From: Eutreptiella sp. 'Long Island Sound 2002'
Lineage: Eukaryota; Protista; Euglenida
Assembly (NCBI GenBank): GCA_964036045.1
Contig: OZ038378.1
Location: forward strand, 195,920,001-195,984,000
Direction of reading: 5' to 3'
DNA: 64,000 nucleotides
The notes under the pieces are model-generated. The model worked only from the letters and a program-made list of their open reading frames with translations. It searched no databases and was not told the DNA's origin. Shown here piece after piece: positions 63,901 to 64,000 of the stretch. The position numbers and the translations under genes are program-made. The stretch's first letter is position 1. The number at the start of each line of letters is the position of its first letter.

Positions 63901-64000
63901 TGCCGTGTACAGGGTTGCGGACCTTGCACTATGCCAATCACATGTAGTGGTCCACGGTGTACGCCGAATCCCGCTCGGCAGCATGCCGTGGCCCCCCCTT
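61000..64000 (-). mobile_element. Decayed LINE reverse-transcriptase region and 3' part
   Basis: Minus-strand RPTISHCSV...TKIILRRLKEPMIGTLSPHQAGGRKGHTTLTQGVKLW (ORF 63221-63427) matches non-LTR RT subdomains (RPISL...QxGFRxGRST). The rest is broken by many stops. Including 61000-62300 is inferred from contiguity. Confidence 0.6.

Overview
Eukaryotic nuclear DNA from an intron- and repeat-rich genome. It looks protist-like and possibly euglenid, but the taxon cannot be fixed from the sequence. No rRNA, canonical tRNA, CRISPR or operon structure is visible, and most ORFs in the supplied track are shadow or repeat read-through ORFs. Host genes are fragmented into GT-AG exons. (i) A minus-strand Ser/Pro-rich gene lies at ~6.4-12.6 kb. 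(ii) A probable plus-strand gene lies at ~15.8-19.4 kb. (iii) A minus-strand uncharacterised gene lies at ~20-32 kb, with six exons that join in frame. (iv) A membrane-anchored hybrid histidine-kinase-like gene (TM helices, degenerate HisKA/HATPase, receiver) has its ATPase fold split by a predicted 8,851-bp, transposon-filled intron (42182-51032). (v) A possible minus-strand gene at ~55.4-56.7 kb has a poly-Asp exon. Mobile DNA includes a complete-ended Mutator/FAR1-type element (64-bp perfect TIRs, 9-bp TSD, spliced ORF lacking the DDE domain) and two Harbinger/Tourist-type elements with 3-bp TSDs. There are also several decayed LINEs (one with the RT domain deleted, others reduced to RT, RNase H or C-terminal zinc-knuckle fragments), a hAT remnant, other MITEs, a 171-bp repeat with no TIR or TSD, and several minisatellites. 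The most notable observations are the apparently catalytically dead hybrid kinase, a convergent pair of tRNA-like Pol III units with a compensatory stem change, and the TSD-less 171-bp unit.
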